Sequence record: NC_049850.1 | Direction: 5' to 3' (one strand) | DNA length: 64,000 bases | Shown here: piece after piece, positions 19,037 to 27,683 of the stretch | How positions within the stretch are numbered: the first letter of the stretch is position 1 | How the letters are laid out: each line of letters starts with the position of its first letter | Program-made: the position numbers and the translations under genes | The notes under the pieces: model-generated | What the model saw: the letters and a program-made list of their open reading frames with translations, nothing else | Told to the model about the DNA's origin: nothing | The model's database searches: none

Positions 19037-19813
19037 ATGGAAGCAATCAAGGGCGGGGCTCAGGGCCCCCGGCGCGGGCGTGGCCCGTACCGCAAGAAGG
19101 AAACGCCGGTCAAATACGACCCGGCCGATGACATCGCGAACGAGACACCGGCACCTGATATCGACGACGAACCCGCACCGAAGGCCAAGAAAGTAGAGGT
19201 CGAGGGTGCCGTATGTTCGGTCCCGATGCCCAAGGTGATTGAGGTGAAGCGGACGCCCGGTGTGCTGGGCGTCGTACCCGGCTGGGTATGGCGGTGCTCG
19301 AAGTTCCGGTGGCAACCGCGTGATTTCGGAACCGAGAACGAGAGGTTGCGCGAACGCGTGATCGACAGCAGCGTTCAGGACAGTAGCCTGTGCCGATTCC
19401 TCGAAGACCCGACAACGCCCATGACGTACTGTGTGGCCGGTTCTCCGGACGACCGGCAGGCCCTGTACTTTGCGGCCTATCTGGTGTCCGAGTTCCAGCG
19501 GCGTAGCCACAACGCAGTCGTCTGGCACAATCTGTACGGAGGGTTCGACAATCCCGTGCTCAAGAAGTACGACGATGACTCGAACATCCCGGACCCGGGC
19601 TTGCTGGTGCTCACGAACCTGAGCCCGCAAGCCACAAACACAAAGCTGGACAAGACGCGCGACCTGCTCACGCGTTTTGCTGGTATCCCGCGTATCCTCG
19701 TGGTGGCAGGCGAGGACCCGATTTCTTTCTGCGCAGCGCGCCTCAACGTCGAGGTCAATGCGATTGCGTATTTCCGTGGCAACACGTTGAAGCAACGAGT
19801 AGAGGTGATTTGA
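19037..19813 (+). CDS. Degenerate DnaC/IstB-like AAA+ protein
   Basis: Order of elements matches DnaC/IstB (CVAGSPDDRQALYFAAYL at the Walker A position, PGLLVLTNL at Walker B, RDLLTRF...PRILV) but the GKT and DD residues are absent. Confidence 0.45.
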   Translation: MEAIKGGAQGPRRGRGPYRKKETPVKYDPADDIANETPAPDIDDEPAPKAKKVEVEGAVCSVPMPKVIEVKRTPGVLGVVPGWVWRCSKFRWQPRDFGTENERLRERVIDSSVQDSSLCRFLEDPTTPMTYCVAGSPDDRQALYFAAYLVSEFQRRSHNAVVWHNLYGGFDNPVLKKYDDDSNIPDPGLLVLTNLSPQATNTKLDKTRDLLTRFAGIPRILVVAGEDPISFCAARLNVEVNAIAYFRGNTLKQRVEVI

Positions 19814-20154
19814 TGGCAGTAGTCAGAACCGCGCTGTACATTCAGGACCTGCTGGGTCCGCTGCACGAAGCGTACGTCGACTTTCATTACCAGCACGGCC
19901 GCAACCTGAAAAACGATCCGGACCTTACCCGCGTGTTGCGCGAGACCATTACGAAGGTGTTGGAGACGAACCTAGCGTTAGGCATCATGTGGGGGCTGTA
20001 CGTGGGCGACTACAGCACGAGCCGAGCCGTGAACGTGAACGGCAAATGGGAACCCAACTGCGCGGTGCGTGTGTCCATCGACCTGTACGACGTTCGATTC
20101 ATCATCGACCTGTCGAGCGTAGGTCCCGTCCTCAGCATGGAGGACGTGGCATGA
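19813..20154 (+). CDS. Hypothetical protein with tail-sheath C-terminal-like pattern
   Basis: NDPDLTRVLRETITKVLETNLALGIMWGLYV. Confidence 0.35.
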   Translation: MAVVRTALYIQDLLGPLHEAYVDFHYQHGRNLKNDPDLTRVLRETITKVLETNLALGIMWGLYVGDYSTSRAVNVNGKWEPNCAVRVSIDLYDVRFIIDLSSVGPVLSMEDVA

Positions 20155-20432
20155 GGATCACGATCAGCACCGAGTACAAGCTGTCGGTCATCAGCGAATG
20201 GAAGTGGCTGAACGGCCAGAAGTCGATCAGCTTCATCGACGGGAGCCCGCGTATCCTGCTGGGCGGCCGCGAGTCCGTAGCGTTCCCGGTGGAAGTGGGC
20301 AACATCTACATGCGGGACCCGAAGAACCCGGGCCTCGATTACAAGATCGTGCGGCCCCGCGATCTCAAGAGCTTCGTCTCGGACGAGACTTATGCTAAAA
20401 TTCTCGAACTTCAACAGGAGGTATGGAAATGA
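20151..20432 (+). CDS. Hypothetical protein
   Basis: GGAGG RBS; ATGA overlap. Confidence 0.65.
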   Translation: MRITISTEYKLSVISEWKWLNGQKSISFIDGSPRILLGGRESVAFPVEVGNIYMRDPKNPGLDYKIVRPRDLKSFVSDETYAKILELQQEVWK

Positions 20433-22264
20433 CCGAAACTCAACTGGACCAGATACGCTCGGACGCTCTTGACCTGACCATCAAGAGCGCGACTCTGGTT
20501 GTCGAGGGTTACCTACGCAACAACATCAACGAGACGGGCCAGAAGCTGCACGGTGGTGTGACGGCACTGATGCTGGAACGATTCTTTCTCTACTGCTCCG
20601 TCGTCATCGTTAAGGAATCGGGGCGCGTGCGTGCCTCGGTGGAGGGCACGCTTCGTGCGTTCCCTACCGATGAACTGTCCTTTCAACGCAAATTCGAAGT
20701 GGAAGTCCTGAACGTGGAAAAACCCATCTACATCAACGGTGAAAAAGCGGAACGCGCTATCTGCGCGGCATTCGTGATAGCGAGCGCGGCATGCCCAACG
20801 TCGCAGGAAGTGGAGGCCACGATGCACCGCGAGATTCGGGCGCAGGGCATTCGCAACTACCACCTTGAGTTGGGCGATCAGCCGACGCTCATACTCCGCG
20901 CGGACCCGGAGCGCGGGCTCTACGCAACGTGCACCATCAATCTATTCAACAGTTCGTCGGTCGCGGAAGCGCCGGTCGCTGTCACACTGGTGGACGAGAA
21001 GCGCAAGAGCAACATCATCGAGGACGATGCACGTGAGGCTGCAACCGTCGTGTCCAAGTACGCGCGCAATATGGCGTACACACTGCGCCGTAGCAGTCCG
21101 GCTCAGGTGCGTGCGGGGCTCACGGCGCAGGTCGAGCAAGCGTTCAGTGAAAAGTTCACGGACATCATGACGAATGTGCGCGTCTACGACGACGTGTCCG
21201 GTGCCGAGTTCGAGGTCACGGCCCGTCACCGGCTCATGCAGGCCGTGCACCACATCAAGTTCCACGTGGATTTCGTGCACGAATTGAACATCGCGGAACT
21301 GCGCTCGGCTCTCGACACGGCCTTCCGCATCAGTGTCGGTGCCCGCTGTGGCAACGACCACAACGCGCATCACGACAAGATCAAGCAGGACCTGACGGAC
21401 GCGGCGTACGCATACGATGAGCACATCCAATGTGCGTTTTCGTTGCTCTCGTCTGCGGCTGGCCTGCAATGCGTTGTCACTGTAGTGGACCCCGAGTATG
21501 ACCGCGTACCGGATTCATCCGTGGCGTTCGCACTGTTCGTTCCGGTGGCTGGCATACAGGAGCCGGGAATGGTAGAGCGCGACCCGTACGAGTTGGTCGA
21601 GTCGGGTCACGGCGGCATGAAGGTGGCGCTCGCGAAGCTGGACGATGACGACGTGGAAGACGATCTCGATGAAGGTGATAGTGAGGGATGTCAGTCCGAA
21701 GAGCCGCAAGTCGAGTACGACGTGCCGTCGCGTGGTATGGCAGTCGATATGGCGGCCAATGCATCCCGCCTGCAATCGCAGTTGAGCAAGGACTCGGCCT
21801 TCGCGTGGTCGTGGCACGACCAATACGCGCAGTCGATCCTGCCGTTCATGACGGGCAACAAGCCGGACAAGTTCCTGACTGCGCACAGCATAGCCCGGCA
21901 GATCATGATCAACACGTGGGGCATCGATCCGAAGAAGTTGCGTGAATGGCGTACCGGCGTCGAGTACAAAGCCGAATGCCTCGAACACGAGCGTCAGGCG
22001 CAGTGCGAAGACCGCGACCGCAAATGGAAGCTGGTGTACGGCACATGCAAGAGCGCGTTCAAGGCTGGTGTCGCTTATGACGACATCAAGACCCTGCTGG
22101 AGCATGTGGGCGACTCGCTCGGTGACGAGTGGAGTGTCGAAGTCTGGTTCTCGGAACCTCGCGTAGGCGAGCGTTCGCGAGGCACCGCCCACATCGAAAT
22201 CATCAACAGCGCAAACCCGGAACTGACGTTCTCGGGTGAGTGCACGGACTGGGAGAAGGATTGA
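20429..22264 (+). CDS. Large hypothetical multidomain protein (about 611 aa)
   Basis: Long ORF with RBS; acidic linker (DDDDVEDDLDEGDSE). Confidence 0.8.
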   Translation: MTETQLDQIRSDALDLTIKSATLVVEGYLRNNINETGQKLHGGVTALMLERFFLYCSVVIVKESGRVRASVEGTLRAFPTDELSFQRKFEVEVLNVEKPIYINGEKAERAICAAFVIASAACPTSQEVEATMHREIRAQGIRNYHLELGDQPTLILRADPERGLYATCTINLFNSSSVAEAPVAVTLVDEKRKSNIIEDDAREAATVVSKYARNMAYTLRRSSPAQVRAGLTAQVEQAFSEKFTDIMTNVRVYDDVSGAEFEVTARHRLMQAVHHIKFHVDFVHELNIAELRSALDTAFRISVGARCGNDHNAHHDKIKQDLTDAAYAYDEHIQCAFSLLSSAAGLQCVVTVVDPEYDRVPDSSVAFALFVPVAGIQEPGMVERDPYELVESGHGGMKVALAKLDDDDVEDDLDEGDSEGCQSEEPQVEYDVPSRGMAVDMAANASRLQSQLSKDSAFAWSWHDQYAQSILPFMTGNKPDKFLTAHSIARQIMINTWGIDPKKLREWRTGVEYKAECLEHERQAQCEDRDRKWKLVYGTCKSAFKAGVAYDDIKTLLEHVGDSLGDEWSVEVWFSEPRVGERSRGTAHIEIINSANPELTFSGECTDWEKD

Positions 22265-23002
22265 TGCTGAAATACATGCGTGGCTTTGACTGTCTGGGTG
22301 TTTCCACGGTAGAGGCCACGGGCCCGACCGAGGAAGATTACGCGCGGCTGAACGAGAAGATGGCGCGCGAGCAACGGGACTTCGATCTGATGGCCGCCGA
22401 GATCGGCAGTCTTCAGCTTGCGGGGACCGCCGACCGCATCAACGAGGTCGTGTACGAGGTGGCCAAGCGCTATTTCAAGGAAGTGGCGCTTGTCTGGAAC
22501 CTGAACGACATCTGTGTGGCCGTGCTCGACGCTGAACTCGAAATGATGGTGTGGATTCCGTTTACGAAGTTCGGCCCGATGTTTGCAATCGGTGCCGAAG
22601 TCGATCCGTATTCGAAAATCGCGCTGGGGAAGAACTGATGCGAGATTGCTACTTCATGGGCACGGGCGGATGAACGCACATCAGAGACGTATTCGACGCC
22701 GGGCCGCATTTGGCTATCCGGTGGTTCGTGCACTCAAGGGCTGCCTGCGCAAGCTCCGGGCCGGGGACATTACGATGGACCCGGTGCCGATTTTCCCGAT
22801 CCCACCCGTACCCGGGCACGCGATCCCGCTGATGGTGTTCGACTGGATGGACGCGGACCCGGCGTTTGCGGCCGACGTGCGCATGGCCGTGGCCCCGCGT
22901 GAAGCACGAGTCCAGTTCACGGTGCCGCGCATGGACCCAGACATGGAGCGCATGGTGCAGGACGAGTACACGGAGCATCTGCGCCGCACCCTGTCCAAGT
23001 AA
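22264..23002 (+). CDS. Two hypothetical proteins (22264-22638, 22670-23002)
   Basis: Coupled ORFs. Confidence 0.6.
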
Positions 23003-23038
23003 ATAGGTAGTTCCGATCAACCTGTAAATCAAAAACGA

Positions 23039-24412
23039 ATGGCAACAAAAGCAAGCCCACGTGCCGAACTAGCGGCGCTCCGGGCCATGACGCACAAAGA
23101 CAAGCGGGTGAGCGGAACCCTTCTCTCGCTGGTCGACGAATCGTACTTCCATTACACCGAAAGCCAAGAAGTCTATCAGGCGATCTTGCGTCACATGCGG
23201 GAAACCGGGACAACCCCGGCCTACCGTATCCTGATCGAGGACCCACAGGTCTCGGAGCAGAGCCGGAAGTTCCTGCGGGACAGCCAGCCAACCGTCACCA
23301 ACATCGACGAGGCGACGAAGACGGCACGCCTGCTCAACAAGTACAGGCAAATCCGGGGTCTGGAAGAGTTGGCCGTCCAGATCGACCAGACGCTGAACGC
23401 GAAGGGCAAACTCGATGTGAGTGCGCTGCTCGAAAACGTGGCGACTGGACTGGCAACGACCCGCAGCACCAAGAGCACGAAGGACTCGTTCACGCACTTC
23501 GGTGTCGGCAACAACGCGACGGCAATGGTCAAGGACTTGCTGTATGGTGAGGACAACGATGAGATCATACCGACCGGCATACCCGAATTCGACCGTCGGT
23601 CCGGGGGCATTGCGCGCGGCGCAATGTTCAGCATCGCCGCGACTTCGGGTGCAGGTAAGTCGACAATGGCAAACGCGCTGGCCATCAACATGGCGACCAT
23701 GGGCTACAAGGTGCTGATGGTGCCGCTCGAAATGAGCACCAAGGAAATGACGGCGCGGACGATGGCCAACATCGGTGACTTCGATGTCACGGACATCCTG
23801 CGCAAGAAGCTGGCGGCAGGCGAGCGCGATTTGGTGATGAAGCGGTACAAGCGGTGGGCCAAGAAGGTGAAGGACGCGGGTGGCCGTTACACGATTTTCA
23901 AGCCCGACATGGACATGACAATCGAAGAGGTGGTGGCCGCCACCAACGCGTACGATGTGGATGTCATGATCATCGACTATATCTCGCTGCTGAAGGGCGC
24001 TGACGGTGATGATCAGTGGCGTCAACTGGGGAGCATCGCCCGATACGCGAAGATCAACGCGGAATCCACGAACCGGGTCAACATCTTGCTCTGTCAGTTG
24101 AGCGAAGACGGGAAAATCCGGTATTCGCGAGCCATCAACGAGCACAGCAACAACGCGTGGACGTGGGCCCCGACGAAGGAGCAGAAGGAAACGGGGCTCG
24201 TGACCATCGAGCAGCCGAAGTCGCGTAACTCGGAGCCGTTCCCGTTCCCGGTGCGCATCAACTACTCGCGTATGCGGGTCGAGCAGGCACCTCAGTCCGA
24301 CGATCTGGGTGAACCGGGGGCGCTCGGCGCACCTGTGTCAACCGATCCAAAGTCTGAGCAGAGACGCAAACGTGCGAAAGAAGTGCCAAACTTGGCGGAC
24401 ATGAGTGATTAA
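23039..24412 (+). CDS. dnaB: DnaB-like replicative helicase
   Basis: TGIPEFD, AATSGAGKS Walker A, PLEMS, IIDYISLL, LCQL, KSRN. Confidence 0.92.
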   Translation: MATKASPRAELAALRAMTHKDKRVSGTLLSLVDESYFHYTESQEVYQAILRHMRETGTTPAYRILIEDPQVSEQSRKFLRDSQPTVTNIDEATKTARLLNKYRQIRGLEELAVQIDQTLNAKGKLDVSALLENVATGLATTRSTKSTKDSFTHFGVGNNATAMVKDLLYGEDNDEIIPTGIPEFDRRSGGIARGAMFSIAATSGAGKSTMANALAINMATMGYKVLMVPLEMSTKEMTARTMANIGDFDVTDILRKKLAAGERDLVMKRYKRWAKKVKDAGGRYTIFKPDMDMTIEEVVAATNAYDVDVMIIDYISLLKGADGDDQWRQLGSIARYAKINAESTNRVNILLCQLSEDGKIRYSRAINEHSNNAWTWAPTKEQKETGLVTIEQPKSRNSEPFPFPVRINYSRMRVEQAPQSDDLGEPGALGAPVSTDPKSEQRRKRAKEVPNLADMSD

Positions 24413-24424
24413 CCGGAGAAGAGA

Positions 24425-24743
24425 GTGAGTTACCACCCGTACTGCGCCGACGAAGGATTCGAGATTCTTGGGTCCTTCAACGAATTGCCGCCCGATCACT
24501 GGCTGCGCAAGCCCGCCCCGCACGTGGTGGACGCCCTATGGCGGTCTGTAGACGCCCAACGTAATGCTGAACACGAGATCAAGGTATATGAGTGATTTTT
24601 GGAGCGCTGGCCACGAGGCCGACACGATCAAGAAGCTGCGCCAACTGGGCATCAGCCCCCGGTTCTGGGAGAGTGAGCCCACGTCGTTTGAGGACGCGCT
24701 CGACAGGTTCTGGCGCAGTGCCGATGACTGGAGAGACGTATGA
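24425..24743 (+). CDS. Two small ORFs not in the track (24425-24595, 56 aa; 24588-24743, 51 aa)
   Basis: Manual translation: MSYHPYCADEGF... and MSDFWSAGHEAD...; they fill the gap and overlap neighbouring starts and stops. Confidence 0.6.
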
Positions 24744-25111
24744 GTCAACTAGGAATCCCGCCTACCGCCCTATATCTGGACGAGAAGACGACACGCACGC
24801 TCCATGACGTGAAGTCGCATCCGCGTCCGTTTCAGGATGTGTGGGACGGGAACAAGCGGGCGGAAGTACGCGTCAACGACCGCGATTACGGGCAAGGGGA
24901 CGCGCTGCTGATCCGTGAATACGATCCGGGGCCCCGACCGTGGGACCGGCATTCCGCTTTCTATACGGGCCGCGAGATCGTGGCGATCATCACCCACGTG
25001 CAGCAGGGTTATGGACTGCCTCCAGACCTCGTGGTACTCAGCATCGACGTGGTGGACCGGCAAGAACGTCCTGTCCTTAGCGGGGTTAAGGAAGAACGCA
25101 AAATTTTTTGA
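24740..25111 (+). CDS. DUF3850 / ASCH(PUA)-like protein
   Basis: HDVKSHPRPFQDVWDGNKRAEVRVNDRDYGQGDALLIREY...YTGR. Confidence 0.8.
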   Translation: MSQLGIPPTALYLDEKTTRTLHDVKSHPRPFQDVWDGNKRAEVRVNDRDYGQGDALLIREYDPGPRPWDRHSAFYTGREIVAIITHVQQGYGLPPDLVVLSIDVVDRQERPVLSGVKEERKIF

Positions 25112-25148
25112 GCCCCGTATAAACGTTTCACCGTAGAAATGAAAACGA

Positions 25149-25190
25149 AAAAGCCCCGTGCAACTCAATCGGTTGCACGGGGCTTTTTTA
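25149..25190 (+). terminator. Intrinsic terminator overlapping a sigma70 promoter
   Basis: AAAAGCCCCGTGCAAC-TCAATCG-GTTGCACGGGGCTTTTTT. Confidence 0.85.
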
Positions 25191-25201
25191 TGGGCTATGA
25201 T
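25173..25201 (+). promoter_or_regulatory. sigma70-type promoter
   Basis: TTGCAC-N17-TATGAT. Confidence 0.75.
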
Positions 25202-25232
25202 ACGCATATCGACTACTCACAAGGAGCAGACC

Positions 25233-25736
25233 ATGAACTTCGAAATCCACTACGCTCCGGCTTCCACCGTCGACGGACTGCGCCGTGGCACGCTCATGAG
25301 CTATTCGTACCTGACGGGGAGCCCACGCACCCGGCCCGTGGTCCCGCACCACGTGTATCTGTTCGTAGATGCGGATAACGAGGACAACCAGCAACTGGTG
25401 TTGATCACGGCTGTAGAGGAAGAGGATACGGGATGGACGAAGGTGAGTGCACGCGCCGTCCACACGCAGGCAGGTGAGGTTACGGAAGAACGACCGGCAC
25501 GCGGTATGAGTCTGGTGCAGCATGTGCAACTCGTGCTGGATGGTCCGGGCTCCGATAAACTCGATCCATATGTCCGATTCCACCTCGAACGCGGGATCGC
25601 GTGCGCCCGGTCCCAAACCCCGGTTCTCGAAGAGCAGGAGCGTGCGTCACTGAAGCGTGCGGTCGAGGCGTTGAAGAAAATGGGATGGGCAAAGGATTAC
25701 GAGGTGGTGAAGAACTTCGTCGACCGCTCTCAGTAA
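25233..25736 (+). CDS. Hypothetical protein
   Basis: AAGGAG RBS; first gene after the promoter. Confidence 0.7.
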   Translation: MNFEIHYAPASTVDGLRRGTLMSYSYLTGSPRTRPVVPHHVYLFVDADNEDNQQLVLITAVEEEDTGWTKVSARAVHTQAGEVTEERPARGMSLVQHVQLVLDGPGSDKLDPYVRFHLERGIACARSQTPVLEEQERASLKRAVEALKKMGWAKDYEVVKNFVDRSQ

Positions 25737-25742
25737 AGCCCA

Positions 25743-27296
25743 CTACACCAGATATGGGGAATCCACGACCCGCACCGGCTTCTTCTTGCCCTTGATCGCA
25801 AGCATAGAATTCACGGTTCTGGATTCCCTGCGCTTTTCATCCGCCTGCTTTACCATCCCCGGGTTCTGTCGACGTGCCTTAGCGATTTTCTGTGCACGCT
25901 CGTCGACGATCACCCTAGCCAGTTTCCCGCGCGTCACCAGCACACCCGTCTTTCGCTCGATCTCGCGCCCCAGCTTCCGCTGGCTTGTCCGGATTTCACC
26001 AGCCTTTGCTGCCTGCTTGAGAGAATCGAGGACAGACGCCGCCAACTCTTCTTTCGCCTTCTTCCTGTCCACAGCATCCTGTGTCTTGGCCTTGGCCCGG
26101 GCCTTGACCACCTTCTTCTTCACCTTTGGCTTGTGGAGTTCCTGTACCTCAGCCTCACTGAGTTCCTGCATGTCGGACTCAAGTTCGGGGGCTTTCCGAT
26201 GCTGGTGACCTACGCCCAACAGTTTGTCCTGCTCGTGGCGTCGACGTGCCGAATCCCGTTGTTTTGCTGCCGTGCTGCCTGCCTTTTTCGGTCTCCCGCC
26301 CTTGTTCTTCTCAAGCACAGGAATCGGTTCTGTGGATAGTTGGGATTCCGATCCAGTTCCGTCCGCGTGAACCACGTCAATCCAGTCTGCAAACGGGTCG
26401 ATTCCCACGCCAATCGTGGTGGAGTTCTGGGATTGTACAGGATTCCTGTGCTTCTCACCCTCGGCCGTAACGCCCACGCCAGCAGCCCCAATATCACCAA
26501 ACAAGTCACTGAGTTCCTTGTCGGATTGTGTTGGTGTGCCCGTGCCCGTCTGGGCCCCGATGGGTGTGCTATAACTGGACACCGATTGCTTTGGGGTCGT
26601 GAGTTCCTGTGAATTAGCGTCGATCACCCCGTTTCGGTTAGAGAGCGTGGATTCGAGCATCAGGACCCTCGATTCAGCTAGTTCTGCCCGCTGTTCGGCA
26701 TCGAGACGGGCCTGATCCTGTGGATCGATCTCTAGCCCCTGTTGGGTGGCCTGTAGTGCTCGTAGCGCATAGTTTTCTTCATTAAAAATTGGCGCTACGG
26801 GCCTCTTTTTAGGCTTTGTGCGTGGATACACAGGATCAGTAGATTGAGCGGGCACCGGTTTAATGAGGTGTTTTACGCCACCCGATTCGGACTCCGAAAT
26901 ATCGAGCATGAAGTCGTCATCGAGTTCACCAGATGCTTGGGAGTCCTCACGAACTTCGGGGCCCGGGCCCCATTCCCAGTCGTCCGCGTCCTCATCATCG
27001 TAGGAGTCCTGAGCAAGTGCGCACACACGCTTAGCACCCCCGATTTCCGAGATCGCGAGGTTGAGGTTCAGGGCGTGGAATTCGGCACCAGATTCACAGG
27101 GCTCACGCAAGACCGTGGGCTTCACCCCCATGTCGTGGAGCCGGGCGACCGTGGGATCGTGCATGAGACTCGACATCCGGATCGGCTGGTCTCCGTGCTG
27201 GACGAGCGCGAGAATCGGTTTGTTGGTGAAAGTGTAGCCCTGCACCGTGAACGAGCCGGGATGGGTGGGATCGAGTAAAATAATCAGATGTTGCAT
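25743..27296 (-). CDS. 517-aa protein with acidic low-complexity centre and basic, HTH-like C-terminus
   Basis: KNKGGRPKK motif; TSQRKLGREIERKTGVLVTRGKLARVI resembles a helix-turn-helix. Confidence 0.65.
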   Translation of the reverse strand: MQHLIILLDPTHPGSFTVQGYTFTNKPILALVQHGDQPIRMSSLMHDPTVARLHDMGVKPTVLREPCESGAEFHALNLNLAISEIGGAKRVCALAQDSYDDEDADDWEWGPGPEVREDSQASGELDDDFMLDISESESGGVKHLIKPVPAQSTDPVYPRTKPKKRPVAPIFNEENYALRALQATQQGLEIDPQDQARLDAEQRAELAESRVLMLESTLSNRNGVIDANSQELTTPKQSVSSYSTPIGAQTGTGTPTQSDKELSDLFGDIGAAGVGVTAEGEKHRNPVQSQNSTTIGVGIDPFADWIDVVHADGTGSESQLSTEPIPVLEKNKGGRPKKAGSTAAKQRDSARRRHEQDKLLGVGHQHRKAPELESDMQELSEAEVQELHKPKVKKKVVKARAKAKTQDAVDRKKAKEELAASVLDSLKQAAKAGEIRTSQRKLGREIERKTGVLVTRGKLARVIVDERAQKIAKARRQNPGMVKQADEKRRESRTVNSMLAIKGKKKPVRVVDSPYLV

Positions 27297-27353
27297 TTTT
27301 GTACCTATCTGTGTTATTGTTGGTCTACATGAAATTAGTGGAAGTGAGGAACT

Positions 27354-27596
27354 ATGAGCGTACAGATGATGCGGGTCAGACAGGAACTGGAGGCCACTGT
27401 TGTTGCGGAATACGGGCCCGGGGCCGAGGACGAAGAAATTACGATGACGCGGTATGAATTGCTGCTGCTGATGCAGGTGGGGGTTCGTCGTGTGGCGGCC
27501 CGGGACCCCGATTTGTCGTTTTTGGTGCGTGAGGGGCTGGGGCTTGGGGCCCGGGTCGAGCGTTCTAGGGTTCGGGATAAGTGGAGTAGGATTTGA
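27354..27596 (+). CDS. Hypothetical protein
   Basis: GAGG RBS. Confidence 0.5.
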   Translation: MSVQMMRVRQELEATVVAEYGPGAEDEEITMTRYELLLLMQVGVRRVAARDPDLSFLVREGLGLGARVERSRVRDKWSRI

Positions 27597-27621
27597 CAGG
27601 CGTGGAAAAGTTGGGTAAGAT
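27593..27621 (+). promoter_or_regulatory. sigma70-type promoter
   Basis: TTGACA-N17-TAAGAT. Confidence 0.8.
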
Positions 27622-27683
27622 CGGCCAATGTTGAATTAACTGGATTGGCGTGTTGAGCGCCAGCGAAACTACTGGGAGGTGTT

